Shown piece after piece: positions 42,501 to 57,100 of a stretch of DNA of 64,000 nt. Both the position numbers and the translations under genes were made by a program. A model generated the notes under the pieces. That model searched no databases. It saw nothing but the letters and a program-made list of their open reading frames with translations, and was not told the origin of the DNA. The DNA comes from Auanema rhodensis (Eukaryota > Animalia > Nematoda). The stretch covers positions 186,001-250,000 of the forward strand of contig OZ059899.1 in the NCBI GenBank assembly GCA_964057225.1, written 5' to 3'. The first letter of the stretch is position 1; every line of letters begins with the position of its first letter.

Positions 42501-43062
42501 CTAATATGGACATGGGGAATCTAATTTTGAAAACCGCATCTCTTTATCTTTCACGTGAAGCGAGTTACATACCAAGTGCACATCACGTGTACATTTAATT
42601 AGCATAAATTAAAGTTCACGTAAATTTCAAAGTCATGGTTACCATGAAGCAATATCAATAAAAATTTGTTTTTAGACTAATATGGACATGGGGAATCTAA
42701 TTTTGAAAACCGCATCTCTTTATCTTTCACGTGAAGCGAGTTACATACCAAGTGCACATCACGTGTACATTTAATTAGCATAAATTAAAGTTCACGTAAA
42801 TTTCAAAGTCATGGTTACCATGCACCAATATCAATAAAAATTTGTTTTTAGACTAATATGGACATGGGGAATCTAATTTTGAGAACCGCATCTCTTCATC
42901 TTTCACGTGAAGCGAGTTACATACCAAGTGCACATCAAGTGTACATTTAATTAGCATAAATTAAAGTTCACGTAAATTTCAAAGTCATGGTTACCATGCA
43001 CCAATATCAATAAAAATTTGTTTTTAGACTAATATGGACATGGGGAATCTAATTTTGAAAAC
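39543..43062. repeat. 9-mer (39543-41126) followed by an 11-mer copy (41127-43062) carrying an internal dimer duplication
   Basis: Shared order AAGC+G157A; T168G; A113; AC37-38TT+A77G+T164A; A113+A140T; A113; AAGC; A173G; T11C+C52A. The fourth and fifth monomers occur twice in the second copy (41655 and 42007). Confidence 0.9.
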
Positions 43063-46000
43063 CGCATCTCTTTATCTTTCACGTGAAGCGAGTTACATAC
43101 CAAGTGCACATCACGTGTACATTTAATTAGCATAAATTAAAGTTCACGTAAATTTCAAAGTCATGGTTACCATGAAGCAATATCAATAAAAATTTGTTTT
43201 TAGACTAATATGGACATGAGGAATCTAATTTTGAAAACCGCATCTCTTTATCTTTCACGTGAAGCGAGTTACATACCAAGTGCACATCACGTGTACATTT
43301 AATTAGCATAAATTAAAGTTCACGTAAATTTCAAAGTCATGGTTACCATGCACCAATATCAATAAAAATTCGTTTTTAGACTAATATGGACATGAAGAAT
43401 CTAATTTTGAGAACCGCATCTCTTTATCTTTCACGTGAAGCGAGTTACATACCAAGTGCACATCACGTGTACATTTAATTAGCATAAATTAATGTTCACG
43501 TAAATTTCAAAGTCGTGGTTACCATGCACCAATATCAATAAAAATTTGTTTTTAGACTAATATGGACATGGGGAATCTAATTTTGAAAACCGCATCTCTT
43601 TATCTTTCACGTGAAGCGAGTTACATACCAAGTGCACATCACGTGTACATTTAATTAGCATAAATTAAAGTTCACGTAAATTTCAAAGTCATGGTTACCA
43701 TGCACCAATATCAATAAAAATTCGTTTTTAGACTAATATGGACATGGGGAATCTAATTTTGAAAACCGCATCTCTTTATCTTTCACGTGAAGCGAGTTAC
43801 ATACCAAGTGCACATCACGTGTACATTTAATTAGCATAAATTAAAGTTCACGTAAATTTCAAAGTCATGGTTACCATGCACCAAATCAATAAAAATTTGT
43901 TTTTAGACTAATATGGACATGGGGAATCTAATTTTGAAAACCGCATCTCTTTATCTTTCACGTGAAGCGAGTTACATACCAAGTGCACATCACGTGTACA
44001 TTTAATTAGCATAAATTAAAGTTCACGTAAATTTCAAAGTCATGGTTACCATGAAGCAATATCAATAAAAATTTGTTTTTAGACTAATATGGACATGGGG
44101 AATCTAATTTTGAAAACCGCATCTCTTTATCTTTCACGTGAAGCGAGTTACATACCAAGTGCACATCACGTGTACATTTAATTAGCATAAATTAAAGTTC
44201 ACGTAAATTTCAAAGTCATGGTTACCATGCACCAATATCAATAAAAATTCGTTTTTAGACTAATATGGACATGAAGAATCTAATTTTGAGAACCGCATCT
44301 CTTTATCTTTCACGTGAAGCGAGTTACATACCAAGTGCACATCACGTGTACATTTAATTAGCATAAATTAAAGTTCACGTAAATTTCAAAGTCGTGGTTA
44401 CCATGCACCAATATCAATAAAAATTCGTTTTTAGACTAATATGGACATGGGGAATCTAATTTTGAAAACCGCATCTCTTTATCTTTCACGTGAAGCGAGT
44501 TACATACCAAGTGCACATCACGTGTACATTTAATTAGCATAAATTAAAGTTCACGTAAATTTCAAAGTCATGGTTACCATGCACCAATATCAATAAAAAT
44601 TCGTTTTTAGACTAATATGGACATGGGGAATCTAATTTTGAAAACCGCATCTCTTTATCTTTCACGTGAAGCGAGTTACATACCAAGTGCACATCACGTG
44701 TACATTTAATTAGCATAAATTAAAGTTCACGTAAATTTCAAAGTCATGGTTACCATGAAGCAATATCAATAAAAATTTGTTTTTAGACTAATATGGACAT
44801 GGGGAATCTAATTTTGAAAACCGCATCTCTTTATCTTTCACGTGAAGCGAGTTACATACCAAGTGCACATCACGTGTACATTTAATTAGCATAAATTAAA
44901 GTTCACGTAAATTTCAAAGTCATGGTTACCATGAAGCAATATCAATAAAAATTTGTTTTTAGACTAATATGGACATGAGGAATCTAATTTTGAAAACCGC
45001 ATCTCTTTATCTTTCACGTGAAGCGAGTTACATACCAAGTGCACATCACGTGTACATTTAATTAGCATAAATTAAAGTTCACGTAAATTTCAAAGTCATG
45101 GTTACCATGCACCAAATCAATAAAAATTTGTTTTTAGACTAATATGGACATGGGGAATCTAATTTTGAAAACCGCATCTCTTTATCTTTCACGTGAAGCG
45201 AGTTACATACCAAGTGCACATCACGTGTACATTTAATTAGCATAAATTAAAGTTCACGTAAATTTCAAAGTCATGGTTACCATGCACCAATATCAATAAA
45301 AATTTGTTTTTAGACTAATATGGACATGGGGAATCTAATTTTGAAAACCGCATCTCTTTATCTTTCACGTGAAGCGAGTTACATACCAAGTGCACATCAC
45401 GTGTACATTTAATTAGCATAAATTAAAGTTCACGTAAATTTCAAAGTCGTGGTTACCATGCACCAATATCAATAAAAATTCGTTTTTAGACTAATATGGA
45501 CATGGGGAATCTAACTTTGAAAACCGCATCTCTTTATCTTTCACGTGAAGCGAGTTACATACCAAGTGCACATCACGTGTACATTTAATTAGCATAAATT
45601 AAAGTTCACGTAAATTTCAAAGTCGTGGTTACCATGCACCAATATCAATAAAAATTCGTTTTTAGACTAATATGGACATGGGGAATCTAATTTTGAAAAC
45701 CGCATCTCTTTATCTTTCACGTGAAGCGAGTTACATACCAAGTGCACATCACGTGTACATTTAATTAGCATAAATTAAAGTTCACGTAAATTTCAAAGTC
45801 ATGGTTACCATGCACCAAATCAATAAAAATTTGTTTTTAGACTAATATGGACATGGGGAATCTAATTTTGAAAACCGCATCTCTTTATCTTTCACGTGAA
45901 GCGAGTTACATACCAAGTGCACATCACGTGTACATTTAATTAGCATAAATTAAAGTTCACGTAAATTTCAAAGTCATGGTTACCATGAAGCAATATCAAT

Positions 46001-49000
46001 AAAAATTTGTTTTTAGACTAATATGGACATGAGGAATCTAATTTTGAAAACCGCATCTCTTTATCTTTCACGTGAAGCGAGTTACATACCAAGTGCACAT
46101 CACGTGTACATTTAATTAGCATAAATTAAAGTTCACGTAAATTTCAAAGTCATGGTTACCATGCACCAATATCAATAAAAATTCGTTTTTAGACTAATAT
46201 GGACATGAAGAATCTAATTTTGAGAACCGCATCTCTTTATCTTTCACGTGAAGCGAGTTACATACCAAGTGCACATCACGTGTACATTTAATTAGCATAA
46301 ATTAAAGTTCACGTAAATTTCAAAGTCGTGGTTACCATGCACCAATATCAATAAAAATTCGTTTTTAGACTAATATGGATATGGGGAATCTAATTTTGAA
46401 AACCGCATCTCTTTATCTTTCACGTGAAGCGAGTTACATACCAAGTGCACATCACGTGTACATTTAATTAGCATAAATTAAAGTTCACGTAAATTTCAAA
46501 GTCATGGTTACCATGCACCAATATCAATAAAAATTCGTTTTTAGACTAATATGGACATGGGGAATCTAATTTTGAAAACCGCATCTCTTTATCTTTCACG
46601 TGAAGCGAGTTACATACCAAGTGCACATCACGTGTACATTTAATTAGCATAAATTAAAGTTCACGTAAATTTCAAAGTCATGGTTACCATGCACCAAATC
46701 AATAAAAATTTGTTTTTAGACTAATATGGACATGGGGAATCTAATTTTGAAAACCGCATCTCTTTATCTTTCACGTGAAGCGAGTTACATACCAAGTGCA
46801 CATCACGTGTACATTTAATTAGCATAAATTAAAGTTCACGTAAATTTCAAAGTCATGGTTACCATGAAGCAATATCAATAAAAATTTGTTTTTAGACTAA
46901 TATGGACATGAGGAATCTAATTTTGAAAACCGCATCTCTTTATCTTTCACGTGAAGCGAGTTACATACCAAGTGCACATCACGTGTACATTTAATTAGCA
47001 TAAATTAAAGTTCACGTAAATTTCAAAGTCATGGTTACCATGAACCAATATCAATAAAAATTCGTTTTTAGACTAATATGGACATGGGGAATCTAATTTT
47101 GAAAACCGCATCTCTTTATCTTTCACGTGAAGCGAGTTACATACCAAGTGCACATCACGTGTACATTTAATTAGCATAAATTAAAGTTCACGTAAATTTC
47201 AAAGTCATGGTTACCATGCACCAATATCAATAAAAATTTGTTTTTAGACTAATATGGACATGGGGAATCTAATTTTGAAAACCGCATCTCTTTATCTTTC
47301 ACGTGAAGCGAGTTACATACCAAGTGCACATCACGTGTACATTTAATTAGCATAAATTAAAGTTCACGTAAATTTCAAAGTCATGGTTACCATGCACCAA
47401 ATCAATAAAAATTTGTTTTTAGACTAATATGGACATGGGGAATCTAATTTTGAAAACCGCATCTCTTTATCTTTCACGTGAAGCGAGTTACATACCAAGT
47501 GCACATCACGTGTACATTTAATTAGCATAAATTAAAGTTCACGTAAATTTCAAAGTCATGGTTACCATGCACCAAATCAATAAAAATTTGTTTTTAGACT
47601 AATATGGACATGGGGAATCTAATTTTGAAAACCGCATCTCTTTATCTTTCACGTGAAGCGAGTTACATACCAAGTGCACATCACGTGTACATTTAATTAG
47701 CATAAATTAAAGTTCACGTAAATTTCAAAGTCATGGTTACCATGAAGCAATATCAATAAAAATTTGTTTTTAGACTAATATGGACATGAGGAATCTAATT
47801 TTGAAAACCGCATCTCTTTATCTTTCACGTGAAGCGAGTTACATACCAAGTGCACATCACGTGTACATTTAATTAGCATAAATTAAAGTTCACGTAAATT
47901 TCAAAGTCATGGTTACCATGCACCAATATCAATAAAAATTTGTTTTTAGACTAATATGGACATGGGGAATCTAATTTTGAAAACCGCATCTCTTTATCTT
48001 TCACGTGAAGCGAGTTACATACCAAGTGCACATCACGTGTACATTTAATTAGCATAAATTAAAGTTCACGTAAATTTCAAAGTCATGGTTACCATGCACC
48101 AAATCAATAAAAATTTGTTTTTAGACTAATATGGACATGGGGAATCTAATTTTGAAAACCGCATCTCTTTATCTTTCACGTGAAGCGAGTTACATACCAA
48201 GTGCACATCACGTGTACATTTAATTAGCATAAATTAAAGTTCACGTAAATTTCAAAGTCATGGTTACCATGAAGCAATATCAATAAAAATTTGTTTTTAG
48301 ACTAATATGGACATGAGGAATCTAATTTTGAAAACCGCATCTCTTTATCTTTCACGTGAAGCGAGTTACATACCAAGTGCACATCACGTGTACATTTAAT
48401 TAGCATAAATTAAAGTTCACGTAAATTTCAAAGTCATGGTTACCATGCACCAATATCAATAAAAATTCGTTTTTAGACTAATATGGACATGAAGAATCTA
48501 ATTTTGAGAACCGCATCTCTTTATCTTTCACGTGAAGCGAGTTACATACCAAGTGCACATCACGTGTACATTTAATTAGCATAAATTAAAGTTCACGTAA
48601 ATTTCAAAGTCGTGGTTACCATGCACCAATATCAATAAAAATTCGTTTTTAGACTAATATGGACATGGGGAATCTAATTTTGAAAACCGCATCTCTTTAT
48701 CTTTCACGTGAAGCGAGTTACATACCAAGTGCACATCACGTGTACATTTAATTAGCATAAATTAAAGTTCACGTAAATTTCAAAGTCATGGTTACCATGC
48801 ACCAATATCAATAAAAATTCGTTTTTAGACTAATATGGACATGGGGAATCTAATTTTGAAAACCGCATCTCTTTATCTTTCACGTGAAGCGAGTTACATA
48901 CCAAGTGCACATCACGTGTACATTTAATTAGCATAAATTAAAGTTCACGTAAATTTCAAAGTCATGGTTACCATGCACCAAATCAATAAAAATTTGTTTT

Positions 49001-49038
49001 TAGACTAATATGGACATGGGGAATCTAATTTTGAAAAC
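43063..49038. repeat. Dispersed 5-mer higher-order repeat (879 bp)
   Basis: Order AAGC+G157A; T133C+GAAG+A173G; A101G(+T133C); T133C; delT119 at 43063, 45876 and 48160, with a variant copy at 43942. Confidence 0.85.
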
Positions 49039-51149
49039 CGCATCTCTTTATCTTTCACGTGAAGCAAGTTACATACCAAGTGCACATCACGTGTACATTT
49101 AATTAGCATAAATTAAAGTTCACGTAAATTTCAAAGTCATGGTTACCATGAAGCAATATCAATAAAAATTTGTTTTTAGACTAATATGGACATGAGGAAT
49201 CTAATTTTGAAAACCGCATCTCTTTATCTTTCACGTGAAGCGAGTTACATACCAAGTGCACATCACGTGTACATTTAATTAGCATAAATTAAAGTTCACG
49301 TAAATTTCAAAGTCGTGGTTACCATGCACCAATATCAATAAAAATTCGTTTTTAGACTAATATGGACATGGGGAATCTAATTTTGAAAACCGCATCTCTT
49401 TATCTTTCACGTGAAGCGAGTTACATACCAAGTGCACATCACGTGTACATTTAATTAGCATAAATTAAAGTTCACGTAAATTTCAAAGTCATGGTTACCA
49501 TGCACCAATATCAATAAAAATTTGTTTTTAGACTAATATGGACATGGGGAATCTAATTTTGAAAACCGCATCTCTTTATCTTTCACGTGAAGCGAGTTAC
49601 ATACCAAGTGCACATCACGTGTACATTTAATTAGCATAAATTAAAGTTCACGTAAATTTCAAAGTCGTGGTTACCATGCACCAATATCAATAAAAATTCG
49701 TTTTTAGACTAATATGGACATGGGGAATCTAACTTTGAAAACCGCATCTCTTTATCTTTCACGTGAAGCGAGTTACATACCAAGTGCACATCACGTGTAC
49801 ATTTAATTAGCATAAATTAAAGTTCACGTAAATTTCAAAGTCATGGTTACCATGCACCAAATCAATAAAAATTTGTTTTTAAACTAATATGGACATGGGG
49901 AATCTAATTTTGAAAACCGCATCTCTTTATCTTTCACGTGAAGCAAGTTACATACCAAGTGCACATCACGTGTACATTTAATTAGCATAAATTAAAGTTC
50001 ACGTAAATTTCAAAGTCATGGTTACCATGAACCAATATCAATAAAAATTTGTTTTTAGACTAATATGGACATGGGGAATCTAATTTTGAAAACCGCATCT
50101 CTTTATCTTTCACGTGAAGCGAGTTACATACCAAGTGCACATCACGTGTACATTTAATTAGCATAAATTAAAGTTCACGTAAATTTCAAAGTCATGGTTA
50201 CCATGCACCAATATCAATAAAAATTTGTTTTTAGACTAATATGGACATGAGGAATCTAATTTTGAAAACCGCATCTCTTTATCTTTCACGTGAAGCGAGT
50301 TACATACCAAGTGCATATCACGTGTACATTTAATTAGCATAAATTAAAGTTCACGTAAATTTCAAAGTCATGGTTACCATGCACCAATATCAATAAAAAT
50401 TTGTTTTTAGACTAATATGGACATGGGGAATCTAATTTTGAGAACCGCATCTCTTCATCTTTCACGTGAAGCGAGTTACATACCAAGTGCACATCAAGTG
50501 TACATTTAATTAGCATAAATTAAAGTTCACGTAAATTTCAAAGTCATGGTTACCATGCACCAATATCAATAAAAATTTGTTTTTAGACTAATATGGACAT
50601 GGGGAATCTAATTTTGAAAACCGCATCTCTTTATCTTTCACGTGAAGCGAGTTACATACCAAGTGCACATCACGTGTACATTTAATTAGCATAAATTAAA
50701 GTTCACGTAAATTTCAAAGTCATGGTTACCATGCACCAATATCAATAAAAATTCGTTTTTAGACTAATATGGACATGGGGAATCTAATTTTGAAAACCGC
50801 ATCTCTTTATCTTTCACGTGAAGCGAGTTACATACCAAGTGCACATCACGTGTACATTTAATTAGCATAAATTAAAGTTCACGTAAATTTCAAAGTCATG
50901 GTTACCATGCACCAATATCAATAAAAATTTGTTTTTAGACTAATATGGACATGGGGAATCTAATTTTGAAAACCGCATCTCTTTATCTTTCACGTGAAGC
51001 GAGTTACATACCAAGTGCACATCACGTGTACATTTAATTAGCATAAATTAAAGTTCACGTAAATTTCAAAGTCATGGTTACCATGAAGCAATATCAATAA
51101 AAATTTGTTTTTAGACTAATATGGACATGGGGAATCTAATTTTGAAAAC

Positions 51150-54100
51150 CGCATCTCTTTATCTTTCACGTGAAGCGAGTTACATACCAAGTGCACATCA
51201 CGTGTACATTTAATTAGCATAAATTAAAGTTCAAGTAAATTTCAAAGTCATGGTTACCATGCACCAATATCAACAAAAATTTGTTTTTAGACTAATATGG
51301 ACATGGGGAATCTAATTTTGAAAACCGCATCTCTTTATCTTTCACGTGAAGCGAGTTACATACCAAGTGCACATCACGTGTACATTTAATTAGCATAAAT
51401 TGAAGTTCACGTAAATTTCAAAGTCATGGTTACCATGAACCAATATCAATAAAAATTTGTTTTTAGACTAATATGGACATGGGGAATCTAATTTTGAAAA
51501 CCGCATCTCTTTATCTTTCACGTGAAGCGAGTTACATACCAAGTGCACATCACGTGTACATTTAATTAGCATAAATTAAAGTTCACGTAAATTTCAAAGT
51601 CATGGTTACCATGCACCAATATCAATAAAAATTTGTTTTTAGACTAATATGGACATGGAGAATCTAATTTTGAAAACCGCATCTCTTTATCTTTCACGTG
51701 AAGCGAGTTACATACCCAGTGCACATCACGTGTACATTTAATTAGCATAAATTAAAGTTCACGTAAATTTCAAAGTCATGGTTACCATGAACCAATATCA
51801 ATAAAAATTTGTTTTTAGACTAATATGGACATGGGGAATCTAATTTTGAAAACCGCATCTCTTTATCTTTCACGTGAAGCGAGTTACATACCAAGTGCAC
51901 ATCACGTGTACATTTAATTAGCATAAATTAAAGTTCACGTAAATTTCAAAGTCATGGTTACCATGAAGCAATATCAATAAAAATTTGTTTTTAGACTAAT
52001 ATGTACATGGGGAATCTAATTTTGAAAACCGCATCTCTTTATCTTTCACGTGAAGCGAGTTACATACCAAGTGCACATCACGTGTACATTTAATTAGCAT
52101 AAATTAAAGTTCACGTAAATTTCAAAGTCATGGTTACGATGCACCAATATCAATAAAAATTTGTTTTTAGACTAATATGGACATGGGGAATCTAATTTTG
52201 AAAACCGCATCTCTTTATCTTTCACGTGAAGCGAGTTACATACCAAGTGCACATCACGTGTACATTTAATTAGCATAAATTAAAGTTCACGTAAATTTCA
52301 AAGTCATGGTTACCATGAACCAATATCAATAAAAATTTGTTTTTAGACTAATATGGACATGGGGAATCTAATTTTGAAAACCGCATCTCTTTATCTTTCA
52401 CGTGAAGCGAGTTACATACCAAGTGCACATCACGTGTACATTTAATTAGCATAAATTAAAGTTCACGTAAATTTCAAAGTCATGGTTACCATGCACCAAT
52501 ATCAATAAAAATTTGTTTTTAGACTAATATGGACATGGGGAATCTAATTTTGAAAACCGCATCTCTTTATCTTTCACGTGAAGCGAGTTACATACCAAGT
52601 GCACATCACGTGTACATTTAATTAGCATAAATTAAAGTTCACGTAAATTTCAAAGTCATGGTTACCATGAACCAATATCAATAAAAATTTGTTTTTAGAC
52701 TAATATGGACATGGGGAATCTAATTTTGAAAACCGCATCTCTTCATCTTTCACGTGAAGCGAGTTACATACCAAGTGCACATCACGTGTACATTTAATTA
52801 GCATAAATTAAAGTTCACGTAAATTTCAAAGTCATGGTTACCATGAACCAATATCAATAAAAATTTGTTTTTAGACTAATATGGACATGGGGAATCTAAT
52901 TTTGAAAACCGCATCTCTTTATCTTTCACGTGAAGCGAGTTACATACCAAGTGCACATCACGTGTACATTTAATTAGCATAAATTAAAGTTCACGTAAAT
53001 TTCAAAGTCATGGTTACCATGCACCAATATCAATAAAAATTTGTTTTTAGACTAATATGGACATGGGGAATCTAATTTTGAAAACCGCATCTCTTTATCT
53101 TTCACGTGAAGCGAGTTACATACCAAGTGCACATCACGTGTACATTTAATTAGCATAAATTAAAGTTAACGTAAAATTCAAAGTCATGGTTACCATGCAC
53201 CAATATCAATAAAAATTTGTTTTTAGACTAATATGGACATGGGGAATCTAATTTTGAAAACCGCATCTCTTTATCTTTCACGTGAAGCGAGTTACATACC
53301 AAGTGCACATCACGTGTACATTTAATTAGCATAAATTAAAGTTCACGTAAATTTCAAAGTCATGGTTACCATGAACCAATATCAATAAAAATTTGTTTTT
53401 AGACTAATATGGACATGGGGAATCTAATTTTGAAAACCGCATCTCTTTATCTTTCACGTGAAGCGAGTTACATACCAAGTGCACATCACGTGTACATTTA
53501 ATTAGCATAAATTAAAGTTCACGTAAATTTCAAAGTCATGGTTACCATGCACCAATATCAATAAAAATTTGTTTTTAGACTAATATGGACATGGGGAATC
53601 TAATTTTGAAAACCGCATCTCTTTATCTTTCACGTGAAGCGAGTTACATACCAAGTGCACATCACGTGTACATTTAATTAGCATAAATTAAAGTTCACGT
53701 AAATTTCAAAGTCATGGTTACCATGCACCAATATCAATAAAAATTCGTTTTTAGACTAATATGGACATGGGGAATCTAATTTTGAAAACCGCATCTCTTT
53801 ATCTTTCACGTGAAGCGAGTTACATACCAAGTGCACATCACGTGTACATTTAATTAGCATAAATTAAAGTTCACGTAAATTTCAAAGTCATGGTTACCAT
53901 GCACCAATATCAATAAAAATTTGTTTTTAGACTAATATGGACATGGGGAATCTAATTTTGAAAACCGCATCTCTTTATCTTTCACGTGAAGCGAGTTACA
54001 TACCAAGTGCACATCACGTGTACATTTAATTAGCATAAATTAAAGTTCACGTAAATTTCAAAGTCATGGTTACCATGAAGCAATATCAATAAAAATTTGT

Positions 54101-57100
54101 TTTTAGACTAATATGGACATGGGGAATCTAATTTTGAAAACCGCATCTCTTTATCTTTCACGTGAAGCGAGTTACATACCAAGTGCACATCACGTGTACA
54201 TTTAATTAGCATAAATTAAAGTTCAAGTAAATTTCAAAGTCATGGTTACCATGCACCAATATCAACAAAAATTTGTTTTTAGACTAATATGGACATGGGG
54301 AATCTAATTTTGAAAACCGCATCTCTTTATCTTTCACGTGAAGCGAGTTACATACCAAGTGCACATCACGTGTACATTTAATTAGCATAAATTGAAGTTC
54401 ACGTAAATTTCAAAGTCATGGTTACCATGAACCAATATCAATAAAAATTTGTTTTTAGACTAATATGGACATGGGGAATCTAATTTTGAAAACCGCATCT
54501 CTTTATCTTTCACGTGAAGCGAGTTACATACCAAGTGCACATCACGTGTACATTTAATTAGCATAAATTAAAGTTCACGTAAATTTCAAAGTCATGGTTA
54601 CCATGCACCAATATCAATAAAAATTTGTTTTTAGACTAATATGGACATGGGGAATCTAATTTTGAAAACCGCATCTCTTTATCTTTCACGTGAAGCGAGT
54701 TACATACCCAGTGCACATCACGTGTACATTTAATTAGCATAAATTAAAGTTCACGTAAATTTCAAAGTCATGGTTACCATGAACCAATATCAATAAAAAT
54801 TTGTTTTTAGACTAATATGGACATGGGGAATCTAATTTTGAAAACCGCATCTCTTTATCTTTCACGTGAAGCGAGTTACATACCAAGTGCACATCACGTG
54901 TACATTTAATTAGCATAAATTAAAGTTCACGTAAATTTCAAAGTCATGGTTACCATGAAGCAATATCAATAAAAATTTGTTTTTAGACTAATATGTACAT
55001 GGGGAATCTAATTTTGAAAACCGCATCTCTTTATCTTTCACGTGAAGCGAGTTACATACCAAGTGCACATCACGTGTACATTTAATTAGCATAAATTAAA
55101 GTTCACGTAAATTTCAAAGTCATGGTTACGATGCACCAATATCAATAAAAATTTGTTTTTAGACTAATATGGACATGGGGAATCTAATTTTGAAAACCGC
55201 ATCTCTTTATCTTTCACGTGAAGCGAGTTACATACCAAGTGCACATCACGTGTACATTTAATTAGCATAAATTAAAGTTCACGTAAATTTCAAAGTCATG
55301 GTTACCATGAACCAATATCAATAAAAATTTGTTTTTAGACTAATATGGACATGGGGAATCTAATTTTGAAAACCGCATCTCTTTATCTTTCACGTGAAGC
55401 GAGTTACATACCAAGTGCACATCACGTGTACATTTAATTAGCATAAATTAAAGTTCACGTAAATTTCAAAGTCATGGTTACCATGAACCAATATCAATAA
55501 AAATTTGTTTTTAGACTAATATGGACATGGGGAATCTAATTTTGAAAACCGCATCTCTTTATCTTTCACGTGAAGCGAGTTACATACCAAGTGCACATCA
55601 CGTGTACATTTAATTAGCATAAATTAAAGTTCACGTAAATTTCAAAGTCATGGTTACCATGAACCAATATCAATAAAAATTTGTTTTTAGACTAATATGG
55701 ACATGGGGAATCTAATTTTGAAAACCGCATCTCTTTATCTTTCACGTGAAGCGAGTTACATACCAAGTGCACATCACGTGTACATTTAATTAGCATAAAT
55801 TAAAGTTCACGTAAATTTCAAAGTCATGGTTACCATGCACCAATATCAATAAAAATTTGTTTTTAGACTAATATGGACATGGGGAATCTAATTTTGAAAA
55901 CCGCATCTCTTTATCTTTCACGTGAAGCGAGTTACATACCAAGTGCACATCACGTGTACATTTAATTAGCATAAATTAAAGTTCACGTAAAATTCAAAGT
56001 CATGGTTACCATGCACCAATATCAATAAAAATTTGTTTTTAGACTAATATGGACATGGGGAATCTAATTTTGAAAACCGCATCTCTTTATCTTTCACGTG
56101 AAGCGAGTTACATACCAAGTGCACATCACGTGTACATTTAATTAGCATAAATTAAAGTTCACGTAAATTTCAAAGTCATGGTTACCATGAACCAATATCA
56201 ATAAAAATTTGTTTTTAGACTAATATGGACATGGGGAATCTAATTTTGAAAACCTCATCTCTTTATCTTTCACGTGAAGCGAGTTACATACCAAGTGCAC
56301 ATCACGTGTACATTTAATTAGCATAAATTAAAGTTCACGTAAATTTCAAAGTCATGGTTACCATGCACCAATATCAATAAAAATTTGTTTTTAGACTAAT
56401 ATGGACATGGGGAATCTAATTTTGAAAACCGCATCTCTTTATCTTTCACGTGAAGCGAGTTACATACCAAGTGCACATCACGTGTACATTTAATTAGCAT
56501 AAATTAAAGTTCACGTAAATTTCAAAGTCATGGTTACCATGAACCAATATCAATAAAAATTTGTTTTTAGACTAATATGGACATGGGGAATCTAATTTTG
56601 AAAACCGCATCTCTTTATCTTTTACGTGAAGCGAGTTACATACCAAGTGCACATCACGTGTACATTTAATTAGCATAAATTAAAGTTCACGTAAATTTCA
56701 AAGTCATGGTTACCATGAACCAATATCAATAAAAATTTGTTTTTAGACTAATATGGACATGGGGAATCTAATTTTGAAAACCGCATCTCTTTATCTTTCA
56801 CGTGAAGCGAGTTACATACCAAGTGCACATCACGTGTACATTTAATTAGCATAAATTAAAGTTCACGTAAATTTCAAAGTCATGGTTACCATGAACCAAT
56901 ATCAATAAAAATTTGTTTTTAGACTAATATGGACATGGGGAATCTAATTTTGAAAACCGCATCTCTTTATCTTTCACGTGAAGCGAGTTACATACCAAGT
57001 GCACATCACGTGTACATTTAATTAGCATAAATTAAAGTTCAAGTAAATTTCAAAGTCATGGTTACCATGCACCAATATCAACAAAAATTTGTTTTTAGAC

